63,423 nt of DNA from Longimicrobiales bacterium. Lineage in GTDB: Bacteria; Gemmatimonadota; Gemmatimonadetes; Longimicrobiales; Gaopeijiaceae. The stretch's first letter is position 1. Every line of letters starts with the position of its first letter. Location of the stretch: assembly GCA_965197725.1 (NCBI GenBank), contig CBDANQ010000020.1, positions 1 to 63,423 on the forward strand. Reading direction: 5' to 3'. The position numbers and the translations under genes were made by a program. This document shows, one piece after another, positions 10,775 to 22,056 of this stretch. The notes beneath the pieces are model-generated. The model saw nothing but the letters and a program-made list of their open reading frames with translations, did no database searches and was not told where the DNA came from.

Positions 10775-12049
10775 ATGAAGACCGCGATCATCGCCGGATG
10801 CCGCACCCCCTTCGCCCGCTCGGGAAGCGTTTTCGCCGACCTCACCGCCATCGAGCTCGGCAAGGTCGCGGTGCTAGACGCGCTCGGCCGCAGCGGGTTG
10901 AGAGGCGAGCGCGTCGACCAACTCGTGTACGGCACGGTCGTGCACGATACGCAGGCGCCGAACATCGCGCGCGAAGTCGGCCTCGCCGTTCTCCCGAAGA
11001 CGGTGCCGGCTGTGACGGTCTCCCGGGCCTGCTCCTCGGCGAACCAAGCGATCACGGATGCGACTCAGCTAATCGAAGCCGGTCAGGCCGAGGTGGTCCT
11101 CGCCGGCGGGGCGGAGTCGTTGTCGCACATCCCGATCACAGTGAGTGACAAGCTCTCGAAGACGCTCGTCGTCGCTGCCAAGGGGAAGACGCTGGGGCAG
11201 CGCCTTTCTCCATTCTCGTCCGTGCGACCCAAGGACCTCATCCCGGTGACGCCTGCGATCGCGGAGCCGACCACGGGCGAAACGATGGGAGAGTCCGCTG
11301 AACGCATGGCGAAAGAGAACGGGATCTCACGGGAGGACCAGGACGCATGGGCGCTGCGCTCACATGAGCTCGCCGCCGCCGGGACGCAGGACGGACGACT
11401 CACGGCCGAGATCACCCCGGTGTATGTGCCACCCGAGTATGAGAGGGTCATCGAGCGGGACAACGGGGTCCGCACCGACTCTTCGCTCGAGAAGCTCGCC
11501 AAGCTTCGACCCGCTTTCGACCGCAGACACGGCTCCGTGACCGCAGGCAATTCGTCACCGCTCACCGACGGGGCATCGGCGGTGGTGCTGATGAACGCGG
11601 AGCTCGCGACTGCCGAGGGCATCAAACCGATGGGGTACGTGCGCAGTTGGGCGTGGACAGCCTTGGATCCCGCGGGGCAGCTACTGCAAGGACCCGCATA
11701 CGCGGCCCCGCTGGCGCTCGAGCGCGCGGGACTCACCATGAAAGACATCGGCCTCTTGGAGATGCACGAGGCGTTCGCCGCCCAGGTGCTGTCCAACCTT
11801 CAGGCTCTCTCTTCCAAGCAGTTCGCTCAGGACGAGCTCGGCCGAAGCGACGCCGTGGGTCACCCGGACGTCGACGTCATCAACGTGATGGGCGGCTCGC
11901 TCTCGATCGGGCACCCCTTCGGAGCGACCGGAGGCCGACTCACCCTGACGCTCCTGAACGAGATGGCGCGGCGTGACGTGGAGTTCGGGTTGATCACCGT
12001 GTGCGCGGCCGGCGGCATGGGCTTCGCGATGGTGGTGGAGCGGCGGTAG
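10775..12049 (+). CDS. fadI: Acetyl-CoA C-acyltransferase (thiolase, FadI-like)
   Basis: SRACSS, HEAFAAQ, GHPFGATG, CAAGG. Confidence 0.9.
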   Translation: MKTAIIAGCRTPFARSGSVFADLTAIELGKVAVLDALGRSGLRGERVDQLVYGTVVHDTQAPNIAREVGLAVLPKTVPAVTVSRACSSANQAITDATQLIEAGQAEVVLAGGAESLSHIPITVSDKLSKTLVVAAKGKTLGQRLSPFSSVRPKDLIPVTPAIAEPTTGETMGESAERMAKENGISREDQDAWALRSHELAAAGTQDGRLTAEITPVYVPPEYERVIERDNGVRTDSSLEKLAKLRPAFDRRHGSVTAGNSSPLTDGASAVVLMNAELATAEGIKPMGYVRSWAWTALDPAGQLLQGPAYAAPLALERAGLTMKDIGLLEMHEAFAAQVLSNLQALSSKQFAQDELGRSDAVGHPDVDVINVMGGSLSIGHPFGATGGRLTLTLLNEMARRDVEFGLITVCAAGGMGFAMVVERR

Positions 12050-12069
12050 TCCTGCCTGGTAGAGGTGCC

Positions 12070-13543
12070 TCAGTTCCCGCTTGCGACGACTCCCGCACGC
12101 GCCGGCCCGCCCACCGCACCGGCCCATCGGACCGCATTTTTCCACAGGGTCCCCGTGTCACCGCTCACGCAGCACGTCGTGGAATGCGCAGGGAATATGC
12201 TCACGCCGACCATGCGTTGGCCGACCGAGAGCGTCCTGTACCCGACCAGCGGCGTCCCGTCACTCCACGACGCGACGACCGTGGTGCCACCCAGGGCGGT
12301 CACGCCGCCCCAGAAGCCGCTGGAGGTTAGCGAGGTCAGGCCCTCGGTGAGGGGGTGCGACGACACCGTGCCGAGCGAGCCGTCCCGGTAGACCGCACCG
12401 CCGGTCGAGCTGAACGGGTCGAGGCCCTCGAGACCGCCCCAACCGGTCGTCTCCTTGCCGCTCCCGCTGCGGACCTGCCAATAGAAAGAGCCGAAGACGA
12501 CATTGCCGCCGAGTTGCACGTACGACGTCAGCTCCGAGCCAAGGCTGTTCGACTCGTTGAAGAGCCCGTTGGCATAGAGCAGCACGACATCGTACTGCCT
12601 CAGCATGTCCAGCCCAGGCAGCGCATTGACGAAGAAGAAGGTTTCGACGGAGATCGCTGCGTCGCCGGCCAGCTGTGCGGCCGCGGCGCCGGTGTCGTCG
12701 AAGTCTAAGTCGCTACCAGAGACCACCAGCACCCTCACCGAGCACGGGTCGCTCCGGAGCACGAACCCAGCCACCAGCGACGTCGTGGCGGACTCTACCG
12801 TGATGCCCCGCTGCCCGGGGCACGCCAGCAGCTCGCCGGACGACGTCGGACGGGCTACATAGTCGCCAGGTAGGAGATCGATGAACAGAAACGAACCGTC
12901 AGCGGCGGTGACCGCATCCTCAACCAAGGCGCCATCACGCAGCAGCGACATGGTTACGCCGCCGATGCCGCCTCCCGTGGCATCGGCAACGCCTCCCCGC
13001 AGCCCCGGTCCGGTATAGCGAACGGATACATCGATCGACTGTTCTTCGGTTCCTCCCTCGACGGTCGCGGCAATCTCAGTGCGGAAGAGTTCGGTATCGC
13101 CCTGAAAGGCGATGATCTCGAGCGTGAGAATGCGCCCGATCGCGGAAGCCGGAAGGGAGATGTCGAGCGTGTGGGACGTGAGCCCCAGAGGGACGTCGAT
13201 CACGATGTCCGCGATCACCTCGCGTGTAAGGCTGTCCGTCACGATGACCCGGTACTGCCGGAAGGGAGATGTCGAGCGTGTGGGACGTGAGCCCCAGAGG
13301 GACGTCGATCACGATGTCCGCGATCACCTCGCGTGTAAGGCTGTCCGTCACGATGACCCGGTACTGGTCGACCTTGTCGAACGCGCGTCCGAGTGCCTCG
13401 TGCTCGTTCGCCGAAATCGACGAGGCGGGCTTGACCGAGAAGAGCAGTGGGAACCCGTCCGCGCGGTTCGGCGAGACCGAATCGGAGCATGCGCCCGCAG
13501 CGATCGTCAAAAGCAGCGCGAGCGTTCGATGGCGGAGCCTCAT
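12070..13543 (-). CDS. Surface lipoprotein with carboxypeptidase-regulatory-like domain, split by a 109-bp duplication
   Basis: Lipobox AGAC in ORF 13076..13543. The reading frame continues in ORF 12070..13242 once the duplication is removed. Confidence 0.7.
13148..13365 (+). repeat. Perfect 109-bp tandem duplication (13148-13256, 13257-13365)
   Basis: GCCGGAAGGGAGATGTCG...GACCCGGTACT occurs twice, head to tail. Confidence 0.95.
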
Positions 13544-14876
13544 GACCCACCCCCGCGTACCGACAACGCGATCGTGACCTGAGCACCGTCATAGTCGATC
13601 CCGTCCAATTCTCCCGAGAGCCGGCCCGCGCTCACCTCGAACTTCACAGGTCCAAATCCGAGGCCGAGCCCGCCCGCCAACGACGTGAGCCCGTCGTCCG
13701 AGGCGCTGTAACCTGCGCGCAGCGTCAGAAATCCGAGGCGCTGCTCGACGCCCGCGGACACTCGCTCATCCCAGGCATTGTGCTGCCGGCCACGGGGGGA
13801 AACGGCCACGCCGACGAGTTCGACACTAGAGCCTCCTTGACTCCAGCCAATGCCGGTCCGGATCGTCATGGGGAAGTACGACTGCTCGAAGAGCCCCCGA
13901 GAAGCCTCGAAGACCGCGAGGGAGACCCCCTGGGCCTCGACGGACATGTCCGCGAAGCGATCGATCAGCTCGGTGATATCGGAGTCGTCGAAGTCATCGT
14001 CGGAGAACACCGCCCTGGTGCGCGACCAACGTCTCGTCCCACGTCATGCGCTGCATGAAATTGGTACCGACCAAGGAGACCCGTACGCCCGCACCCAGGT
14101 CGAGCGCCATGCCCAGGTCCAAGCCATAGCCCGACCCACCGGAGGCCTCGACCGCCGCACCCGTGACGGCCAGCGTCCCTTCGTCCAGGTCGACGACCGG
14201 TTCGAAGAATCGTCCCTGGGAAAGGCCGTGCCCGTACCGAACGCACCCCGAGGCCCAATGCCAATCTCTCGCCGATCGTCACGCCGTAGCCCAGCGTGAT
14301 CTCGGTGAACGACGCAGCCCGGAAGGCCGTGTTCCGAACCGCGTATTCTCGAATCCTCTCGGGGTTGTAGCCGTTCACCGTGAGGTCCGCGAGCTCGCGG
14401 CTCATGCTCGCTTCGGCCATGAGCCGGCTGCGAACCCGGAGCGCCACGGGTCCGATCGCGATGCCCACGGAGGGGATGGAAGACCCAACCTCGGGCAGGT
14501 CCGCAACCGAGGCAGCCCTGGCACCGGCAAAGCCTTCCAGCGTCGTGGAAAGCGTGAACCCATCGGCGGGCAGCCGGCTCACGACGGTAGCGTCCCCGTC
14601 CCCGCCGGCGCTCGCGATCTCGATCAGATCCTCGATCGTCGTCCCGGTAAGCAGGCCTGCCGCTCCGAACTCGAACAGTGAGACGTCCCAGCCGTTGGAC
14701 CACGCCAAGTTGGCCGGATTCCACTCCACCGCGTCGAGCCCGGTCGCGAACACAAGACCGGCACCCGCCATGCCCGCTGAACGCGCCCCGGGGGAGAACT
14801 GAGCTCGCGCATCCTTCGTGCCCACCGTCATCGCAAGGCAAAGCGCCAGCGCGACGGAAACGCGGCGCGCGCTCAT
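13540..14876 (-). CDS. Putative outer-membrane beta-barrel protein, frameshifted
   Basis: Signal peptide, GARSAGMAGA...WNPANLA N-terminus and amphipathic C-terminal strands (AGVEQRLGFLTLRAGY); split over frames. Confidence 0.6.
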
Positions 14877-15640
14877 CCGCGGAGCCTCACGTGCATGATG
14901 ACAGTCCCGGTCGTCGTGGAGCCGTCATCGTTATCGAGCTCGATTTCCTCTTCGATCCGGAGCGTGAGTAGCTCCCCAGTGGCGATACGCGTGAGCCCGA
15001 ACTCGATCGTGTTCGAGCCGTCCCCCGAGATGCTCACGAAGTCCATTTGGTTGCCGGTTATCGTGACGCCAGTCACCGCGGCGTCGCCTCCGAAGCCGGT
15101 CACGCGGTTTTCGTCGAAACCGTAGCTCGTGACCGCCTGACCCAACCGCGCCTTCAACGTGCCCCCGACCGTGATCTCACCGACTGCGCTGGTCGGCTGC
15201 CCCGCCCCGTCGAAGCTGACGAAGTCGAGGTCGGTGAACACGGTCATGGACACCATCACCAGGGACTCACCAAGCCGGTCCCGCAGTGTCGGAGAGATCC
15301 ATACGCGTACCAAGCCTGAGCTGAAGCAGCGTTGCGCGCCCGGCGAACAACTCGATGCATAACGAGTGTTCGCCTCGGCTATACGCACAGCGCCGGCGAC
15401 CGTACTCGGGGCCCCGGAGAAGCTGCCACCGCCGAGCGTCGGAGGCACGCCGGCCTCGATATCGATAGCATCGAGCTCGACCACGGCCGCCACCGAGCCG
15501 AGCTGCTCCAAGGGCGCGGAGAGAAAGCCCGAGGTTGCGTCATACGCACCGGTCGAGGTGACGATCGAGCCGTCGGGCTTCAGGAGCGCGATGCCCAGAA
15601 GGAGAAGGCGTTGGTACGATGCGAGGCTGACATTATTCAA
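14873..15640 (-). CDS. Hypothetical protein, possibly N-terminally truncated
   Basis: 255-aa ORF overlapping the next gene start (ATGA); weak TTG start. Confidence 0.5.
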   Translation of the reverse strand: MNNVSLASYQRLLLLGIALLKPDGSIVTSTGAYDATSGFLSAPLEQLGSVAAVVELDAIDIEAGVPPTLGGGSFSGAPSTVAGAVRIAEANTRYASSCSPGAQRCFSSGLVRVWISPTLRDRLGESLVMVSMTVFTDLDFVSFDGAGQPTSAVGEITVGGTLKARLGQAVTSYGFDENRVTGFGGDAAVTGVTITGNQMDFVSISGDGSNTIEFGLTRIATGELLTLRIEEEIELDNDDGSTTTGTVIMHVRLRG

Positions 15641-15685
15641 AAGTGCAGCCTAGAGGGAGGCGCTGCAATGAGTTTCTCGGTGCGC

Positions 15686-16183
15686 TTACCTCTCCTCTTC
15701 GAGCTCCCGATCGAACAGTTCGCGAACCTCGCGGCGCCTCTGTCCCTCCCGGTACCGGCGGCCGTCCTTGGGATCCGAAGTGTCTAGCGGTGGCACCCGA
15801 CACGGACGGTGGGCGTCGTCGATCGCCACGAAGGTGAGCAAGCAGGTAGTCGTGTGCCGCTTCACGCCGGAGAGAAGGTTCTCGGCTTCGACTCGGACAC
15901 CGACCTCCATCGACGTACGCCCGACGAAGTTCACCTGCGCCGTGCACGTCACCAGTTCGCCGGCGTGGATCGGCTCCTTGAAGTCGACACGGTCGATCGA
16001 GACGGTGACGGAGGGATGCCCAGAGTGACGCATGGCGGCGACAGCAGCGGCGCGGTCGACCATGGAGAGAACCACGCCACCGAAGACGTGCCCCAGATTG
16101 TTCACCTGGTGGGGCATCATCAGCTCGGAGACGACCGAGACAGAGTCGGCGGGCTTTCGGGGGGTCAGCTCGGGGGCGTTCAC
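15686..16183 (-). CDS. Acyl-CoA thioesterase (hotdog fold)
   Basis: NNLGHVFGG, VGRTSMEVGVRVEAE, LTFVAID. Confidence 0.92.
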   Translation of the reverse strand: MNAPELTPRKPADSVSVVSELMMPHQVNNLGHVFGGVVLSMVDRAAAVAAMRHSGHPSVTVSIDRVDFKEPIHAGELVTCTAQVNFVGRTSMEVGVRVEAENLLSGVKRHTTTCLLTFVAIDDAHRPCRVPPLDTSDPKDGRRYREGQRRREVRELFDRELEEER

Positions 16184-16680
16184 GGCCGGAAGAGCTGGTC
16201 GCCCGCGGCCGCACGAATTCGCTCTTCGAGCCGCCGCGGATAATCGCTACCGATGTACAACTCTCGATCACCAACCAATGTCAGCGCGACCGCTCGGTCC
16301 CCGCGTGCCGTCCACGCTCTCCTCTTGCCCCACCCGCGAATGCCCCAGCCCCCGAACTCCCGAATGGGGTGGTACTGGACAGAAGCGAGCTCGATGACAT
16401 CGACGTATGGCACCTTAGTGCGAAGGAGGGGCGTCGAGCCGAGGTGGATGAAGATCCGGGTTGCCTGCACCAGCACGGTGAGCCCGCCGAGCACGAGTTT
16501 TGCGCCCACCGCGAACCCCATGATCGAGCCGACGATCGTCAGGCGAGCGCCGAACTCGAGGTCGATGTCCCAGCCCGCCAGCAACGGGTAGCACCCCACG
16601 ATGAACGACCCCCAGAAGATGGCGTTCACCCACCCGGGCCAGGGCGTCGTCTCACGGTACTTGGTCTCTTCTTCGCCCAT
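16180..16680 (-). CDS. Hypothetical membrane protein
   Basis: Two hydrophobic segments; PIREFGGWGIR motif. Confidence 0.7.
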   Translation of the reverse strand: MGEEETKYRETTPWPGWVNAIFWGSFIVGCYPLLAGWDIDLEFGARLTIVGSIMGFAVGAKLVLGGLTVLVQATRIFIHLGSTPLLRTKVPYVDVIELASVQYHPIREFGGWGIRGWGKRRAWTARGDRAVALTLVGDRELYIGSDYPRRLEERIRAAAGDQLFRP

Positions 16681-16836
16681 GCTGGATCTCGCACTAAGCC
16701 GACGCCGGCACGCGCAGCCGCTGCGGGTCGGCCGTTGAACTCCACATGTGGTGTACGTTTGCTTCCGCCGGACTCTTCCGCCAGACTCGGCGCCGAGTTA
16801 CACGGATCGCCTCACCACCTCCTTCGCGCAGACTTC

Positions 16837-18319
16837 TTGGACGACACCACCAGCTCGGGCATCTACCGGCGGGCCCAGCGCCTCGGGCTGATCGGCGGCG
16901 GTCTGGTGTTCCTTGTCCTCTTGATGCTACCCGCGCCCGCGTCGCTGAGCGTGGAGGGCTGGCGCACCGCCGCGGTCGCCATCCTGATGGCGATCTGGTG
17001 GATGACCGAGGCGATTCCGATTCCGGCCACCGCGATCTTGCCGCTCGGGCTCTTCCCGATACTCGGAGTTCTCGACGCGGCAAACGCGAGCACGCCCTAC
17101 GCGAACGAGCTCATCTTCCTCTTCATGGGCGGCTTCTTCCTCGCGGTCACCATAGAGAAGTGGGGGCTCCACAAGCGCATCGCGCTCCGAATCATGGCGT
17201 TCGTGGGAACCAGCCCCAACCGCTTGGTGCTCGGCTTCATGCTCGCGACCGCGTTTCTCTCCATGTGGATCAGCAACACAGCCACGACCGCGATGATGCT
17301 GCCCATCGCCCTCGCGGTTGGGGAGATGCTGCGGCCACGGGATCAGCAGGGGCCCTACGAGTTCGGAATCGCGCTCATGTTGGGAGTCGCCTACGCCGCA
17401 TCGATCGGCGGCGTCTCCACGCTCATCGGCACGCCCCCGAACGCGGTGCTCGCGGGGGCGGCGAACGAACTCCTCGGCACGGAAATCGGCTTCGTCGAGT
17501 GGATGGGGGTCGGGCTCCCCTTGACGGTGCTGATGCTCCCGGCTGACGTGGATGCTGCTCACGCGCTTCCTGCATCCACCGGGTGACCTTTCGGGCGACG
17601 CTTCGGCGATCATCGAAAGCGAACGCAAGGGACTCGGCTCGATGAGCCGCGGCGAAAAGATGACCGCAGTCGTCTTTGCTCTGACTGCACTCGCTTGGGT
17701 CATGCGCTCCGAAAAGAACATCGGCGGTGTGACGATTCCGGGGCTCCAGACCATCTCGCCGAACCTTCGCGACTCGACGATTGCCATGACCGCCGCGGCA
17801 GTGCTCTTCATACTCCCGGTGAACTGGCGGAAGGGCGAGTTCGCTCTGGACTGGCGTACCGCACAACGCATCCCGTGGGGGGTGCTGGTGCTGTTCGGCG
17901 GCGGACTCTCTTTGGCACGCGCGATGGATCAGTCGGGTCTCGCGGTCTGGATCGGTGGCGTCGTCGGAGCGCTGGACACGGTACCTGTAGTCGTGATCAT
18001 CGCGTTCGTTGCGACGCTGGTCGTCTTCCTCACGGAAGTCACGTCGGACACGGCGACCTCAACCATGGCGATGCCGATCATGGCCGGCGCCGCCATGGGA
18101 CTGGGAATGGAGCCACTCCTCGTCATGGCGACCGCCGCGCTGTCCGCGTCGATGGCATTCATGCTCCCGGTCGCGACCCCCCCGAACGCGATCGTCTTCG
18201 CGTCTGGCTACATTACGATTCCGCAAATGAGCCGCGCAGGCATTGTACTCAACATGGTGGCGATCGTGCTCATCACGACGCTCGCCACACTTCTGATCCC
18301 GATCGTTCTGATCGGGTAG
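16837..18319 (+). CDS. DASS/SLC13 sodium-coupled anion symporter, frameshift near 17545
   Basis: WMTEAIP, LSMWISNTATTAMMLP, IGTPPN, AFMLPVATPPNAIVF. Confidence 0.9.
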
Positions 18320-18416
18320 AAGCGCATGAAAGCTGTGGGGCCAGACACACGCCGGACTGAGCACCGTCCGGACCCGCATGGCGAGCGGTAGCCGAGTTCA
18401 CGACCCACCGGAACGA

Positions 18417-19721
18417 CTATGCGCTGCTCGCGACGTACTCATCGATGGCGACTCGTAGCGACCTGAGAATCCAGGCGCGCTTCTCGTCGTCGGCTTCCAG
18501 GAGCGTGGCGCGGAACCCGTGGTGCGCGCACTGGAAGCCAGTGAGCGGCACGACCACGATCCCTGTCGCCCCCATGAGATAGTACACGAAGCGCTTGTCT
18601 GGCTGTACGCCGTCCACCATTCCCTCGATGGTCGTCGCGATTCTCGCTTCGGGGATATCGAGGAACTGATCGTTCCCGAGAACGCCGTCTTTGAACATCA
18701 CCGTGAAGTAGAACGCCCCGCCCGGCTTGTTCAGGATGACGTGCTCACAACTCTCGAGTGCTGCTGCCACCTCATCAGCCCGCTGGGAGAACATCTTCTC
18801 ACGCGCGGCCAGATGGTCCGGGTATCTTGCGTCGCCCATCACGAGCGGAATCGACATTTGTGGCAAGGTCGTGGACGAAACCTCGAGTCGCTTGGCGGCG
18901 ATCAGGCTGGCGACATAGCGAGAAAAGGCGGCGTCTCTTCCCTGGTTGAGGACTTCCAGCCACCCACAACGCGACCCAGGCCAAGGGTATTCCTTGCTGA
19001 TTCCACGCATCGCGATACCCGGGACGTCGCCGATCCACTCACTCATGTGCAGACGACCTTGGCCGTCGTATACGATGTGGGCGTAGATCTCGTCGGCGAT
19101 AATGAAGATGTCGTTCTCGCGCGCGATCGCCGCGATCTCCTCGAGCAGTTCCCTGGGATACACGGCCCCAGTGGGGTTATCCGGGGAGAGAAGCAGAATC
19201 CCGGCAATCGAGTCGTTGTACCTGACCTTGTTGCGAATATCCGTCAGGTCAGGGAGCCACCCATTGTAAGGATCCAGCTCATAGGTCACGTGCTCATAAC
19301 CGGAATGGGCGGCTTCAGCGGAAGAGTGCGTGCTGTAGGCTGGCGAGGGCCCCAGAATTCGTGCCTCCCTACTTAGGAAGCCGTAGACCTTTGCGACCGC
19401 GTCGCCGAGGCCGTTGAAAAATATGATGTCGTCCGCAGTCACTCGTACGCCGTCACGTCGGTTGACCTCACTCGCCAAGAACTCGCGGACCTCGGGGATC
19501 CCCTGCGTATCGCAGTAGGCCCAGGACTCGGCATGGTCGACCAGGTCCGTGACCATTTCCCGAATCCACTTGGGTGGGGTCTCCCCCTTCTGCACGGGGT
19601 CTCCGATGTTCTCCCAGGTGATCTCCTTTCCAAGCGCCTCGATCTCACGGGCCGCACCTACGATCTCACGGATCTCGTACTTCAGGTTCTGCGCCCCGAC
19701 GTGCAAGATGTTCCTACGCAT
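18417..19721 (-). CDS. PLP-dependent aminotransferase class I/II
   Basis: WENIGDP, PDNPTG, DEIY, ISKEYPWPGSRCGW. Confidence 0.92.
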   Translation of the reverse strand: MRRNILHVGAQNLKYEIREIVGAAREIEALGKEITWENIGDPVQKGETPPKWIREMVTDLVDHAESWAYCDTQGIPEVREFLASEVNRRDGVRVTADDIIFFNGLGDAVAKVYGFLSREARILGPSPAYSTHSSAEAAHSGYEHVTYELDPYNGWLPDLTDIRNKVRYNDSIAGILLLSPDNPTGAVYPRELLEEIAAIARENDIFIIADEIYAHIVYDGQGRLHMSEWIGDVPGIAMRGISKEYPWPGSRCGWLEVLNQGRDAAFSRYVASLIAAKRLEVSSTTLPQMSIPLVMGDARYPDHLAAREKMFSQRADEVAAALESCEHVILNKPGGAFYFTVMFKDGVLGNDQFLDIPEARIATTIEGMVDGVQPDKRFVYYLMGATGIVVVPLTGFQCAHHGFRATLLEADDEKRAWILRSLRVAIDEYVASSA

Positions 19722-20148
19722 GCTCCCCCCGTTGGAATCGGACGCCGGCCTTCGATGCCACCGAGGCCGAGCCCATCCTAGAGTGCGTCTGGTGCACCTC
19801 GGTTACGATTTCGTCTGGCGCGCGGCGCGAGTTGACGATGCCATGGGCGACGAAGAAGTTGCGCACTGCCGGAAATCGGCTGACTACCTCCGGGTTCGTC
19901 GCCACGCTCGAGAGCGTCTCGGCGGCCCCGACCCGCAGGTGTCCGTCGTCGGCACGGATACCGCCGAGCTCGTGGATTCGCCTGAGCGCGACGAGATGGC
20001 CCGGCTCGGAGAGCCCGTGCTTCATGTTCGGAATCACGTCGGTGCCACCGGCCACGTACATCGCGCCACCGGCATGTTCGCGCATGACTCCGACCGCGTG
20101 CGCAACCGTGTCCGGTCGGTGATACCGGAGCGGTGGTAGCCTCAGCAC
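19714..20148 (-). pseudogene. Molybdenum hydroxylase FAD subunit remnant (HcrB/CoxM-like), internally deleted
   Basis: LRLPPLRYHRP, VAGGTDVIPNMK, then an abrupt jump to NFFVAHG...PDEIVTEV. Confidence 0.75.
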
Positions 20149-20149
20149 T

Positions 20150-21169
20150 TCATCGCTCCATCCCCCCGACGGCCTCGGGGTCGATCCGCGGGCGAGCCAC
20201 GATGATTCCGTCCTGCCCGCTGATCCGCGGGATGCGGTCCGCAAGCGACAACTCACTTATCTGCACCTCTTCCCCGACGAGCGGCGCGTGCAGCAAATGG
20301 AGTGTACCGTCGACCCATAGAGCTAGGCCGGTATGCGCGACATCGAGACCCGGCACGGTACTCGTCGCGGCAATGATGTCCCCGTCCTGGATCCTCCCCG
20401 CCACTTCGTCGATGCGGTCCTCCGGCACGAAGTAGCGCCCGGTCTGCGTGAGCCGCTGCTCGGTCAGCTTCACCCGCGCCACGAACGACGCGTCGGCAAG
20501 CTGCCTATAGGAATCCGTGTGCGTGCTCATGAAGTCGATCGGCTCGGTGTCGTACACGCCGCCCAACTCTCGGCTGATGTCGCGGAGACGGCCGCCCCGG
20601 TCGTTTTCTCCAATCCAGTCGGTGAAGTAGTGCAGCCGACTCGGGTAGTCGTCGATCGTGCCGTCCCGGTAGCGCACGCTCCTGAGCAGCGACTCGTACC
20701 GATCCTCGGTGAGGGGCCGCTGAGCGAGCGTGCTCGCGGCGTCGGGCCCGAACGCTTGGCCGATCGCTCGGACGAAGCTCGAGAGCGCCCAGGTGTTCTC
20801 GACCAAGGTCACGCAGTCGAGACCTCGGAAGTTAATGACGAGTCGTTCCGGTCCTTCGACCTCGAGCGTGCCAGGCACGTAAGCAGCGCCCACGAACGAA
20901 CGACCGATTTCTGCCATGGACCGGCCGAGCGGGAGGGTGTCGAGTCGCTGCTCGAGCGCCCATTGGACCTTGGACGCGAAGACGGCCCAATCCTCGTCGG
21001 CCCACCTGGGCTCGGCGGTCCCAGTCGTCTCGTCTCCCGATTCAGCCACCACTGGCGCTCTGTTCGGCTCGAAGGGTGACCAAAAAACCGCCACGAAGAA
21101 GATTCCGACCAAGGCCACGGGGCCGAGCAACGCCCGATAGCCCCTCAAGCGCCCAAGCGTCCCTTTCAT
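20150..21169 (-). CDS. DUF1460 / NlpC-P60-like N-acetylmuramoyl-L-alanine amidase
   Basis: GLDCVTLVE, RYRDG...RLHYFTDW, GLDVAHTG, LLHA. Confidence 0.88.
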   Translation of the reverse strand: MKGTLGRLRGYRALLGPVALVGIFFVAVFWSPFEPNRAPVVAESGDETTGTAEPRWADEDWAVFASKVQWALEQRLDTLPLGRSMAEIGRSFVGAAYVPGTLEVEGPERLVINFRGLDCVTLVENTWALSSFVRAIGQAFGPDAASTLAQRPLTEDRYESLLRSVRYRDGTIDDYPSRLHYFTDWIGENDRGGRLRDISRELGGVYDTEPIDFMSTHTDSYRQLADASFVARVKLTEQRLTQTGRYFVPEDRIDEVAGRIQDGDIIAATSTVPGLDVAHTGLALWVDGTLHLLHAPLVGEEVQISELSLADRIPRISGQDGIIVARPRIDPEAVGGMER

Positions 21170-21645
21170 CAGTCCTCCAGCACGGGTTCGGGAGCGAGCG
21201 CCGGAGCACCGGCGCCACTGGGTACACCGGGCTTGACAAGAGTAGCCGCCGCTCGAGCCGCCTCGATCTCGCGCCACACGTTGGGCGGTGAGAATGGCAG
21301 CCGGTCCATGCGCACGCCCACGGCGTCGTAGATCGCGTTGGCAATCACCCGGATCGACGGGTGCACTGGACCCTCGCCCGCCTCCTTGGCGCCGTACGGA
21401 CCCTCCGGATCGATCGATTCGACGATCAGCGACTCGAACTCCGGGGTGTCGAGGCTCGTCGGAATCCAGTAGTCGAGCAGTGACGGCGCGTCGTGGAGGC
21501 CGGCTCTACCGTGCTCGGCGTCCTTGAAGACGTGCTCTTCCAGGCGCGCCTCCCCGAACTCCATGTACGCGGAGCCCTCTACCTTGCACATCGACGTGCC
21601 GATTAACTGCAAGTCGGACTTAGAGTTACTCCCGTTCACGATCAT
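21169..21645 (-). pseudogene. Molybdopterin-binding subunit C-terminal remnant (HcrA/xanthine dehydrogenase family)
   Basis: SLLDYWIPT, DPEGPYGAKEAGEG, IANAIYDAVGVR; the bulk of the normally large subunit is missing. Confidence 0.8.
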
Positions 21646-21714
21646 TTCACGACACCCTCGGCACTGCTCCCATTGTGGAACGCATCGGGCGGCACCGTTC
21701 GGGTCGAAAGCGTC

Positions 21715-21885
21715 CTAGCATCACCGTGCAAGCCTCGCGGTCACCCTTGTCGCACCCGTGCTTCGATCCCGTGAGACCGGGGTGACGGATCGGAGGGTTT
21801 CGAGCGAGGTGAAGTGGGTCGGCACACCGACTTCACGCCGGTCGCCGTTGACCGTGAGGCAGACCATCTCGGTACTCGTGGACAT
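21715..21885 (-). pseudogene. (2Fe-2S) subunit remnant (HcrC/CoxS-like)
   Basis: Manual translation: MSTSTEMVCLTVNGDRREVGVPTHFTSLETLR, frameshift, then GLTGSKHGCDKGDREACTVML. Confidence 0.75.
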
Positions 21886-22056
21886 GAAGAAAAGGTCGCC
21901 GGAGGGGAAGGGGCCTGCAACACGACGCGTCCCGAACAGCCCCCGTGGAACACTACTTACAGCCCCCCTGGAACCCTACTTCAGGTTGGGGTAATCTTCT
22001 GTCCCCAGGCATGAAGATTCCGGTCGACCCCCCGGTGGAAGCACAGGAGAGCAAGG

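Noticed and set aside
18040..18055. Second DASS SNT motif reads SDT
   Set aside because: Single-base difference in an already frameshifted gene.
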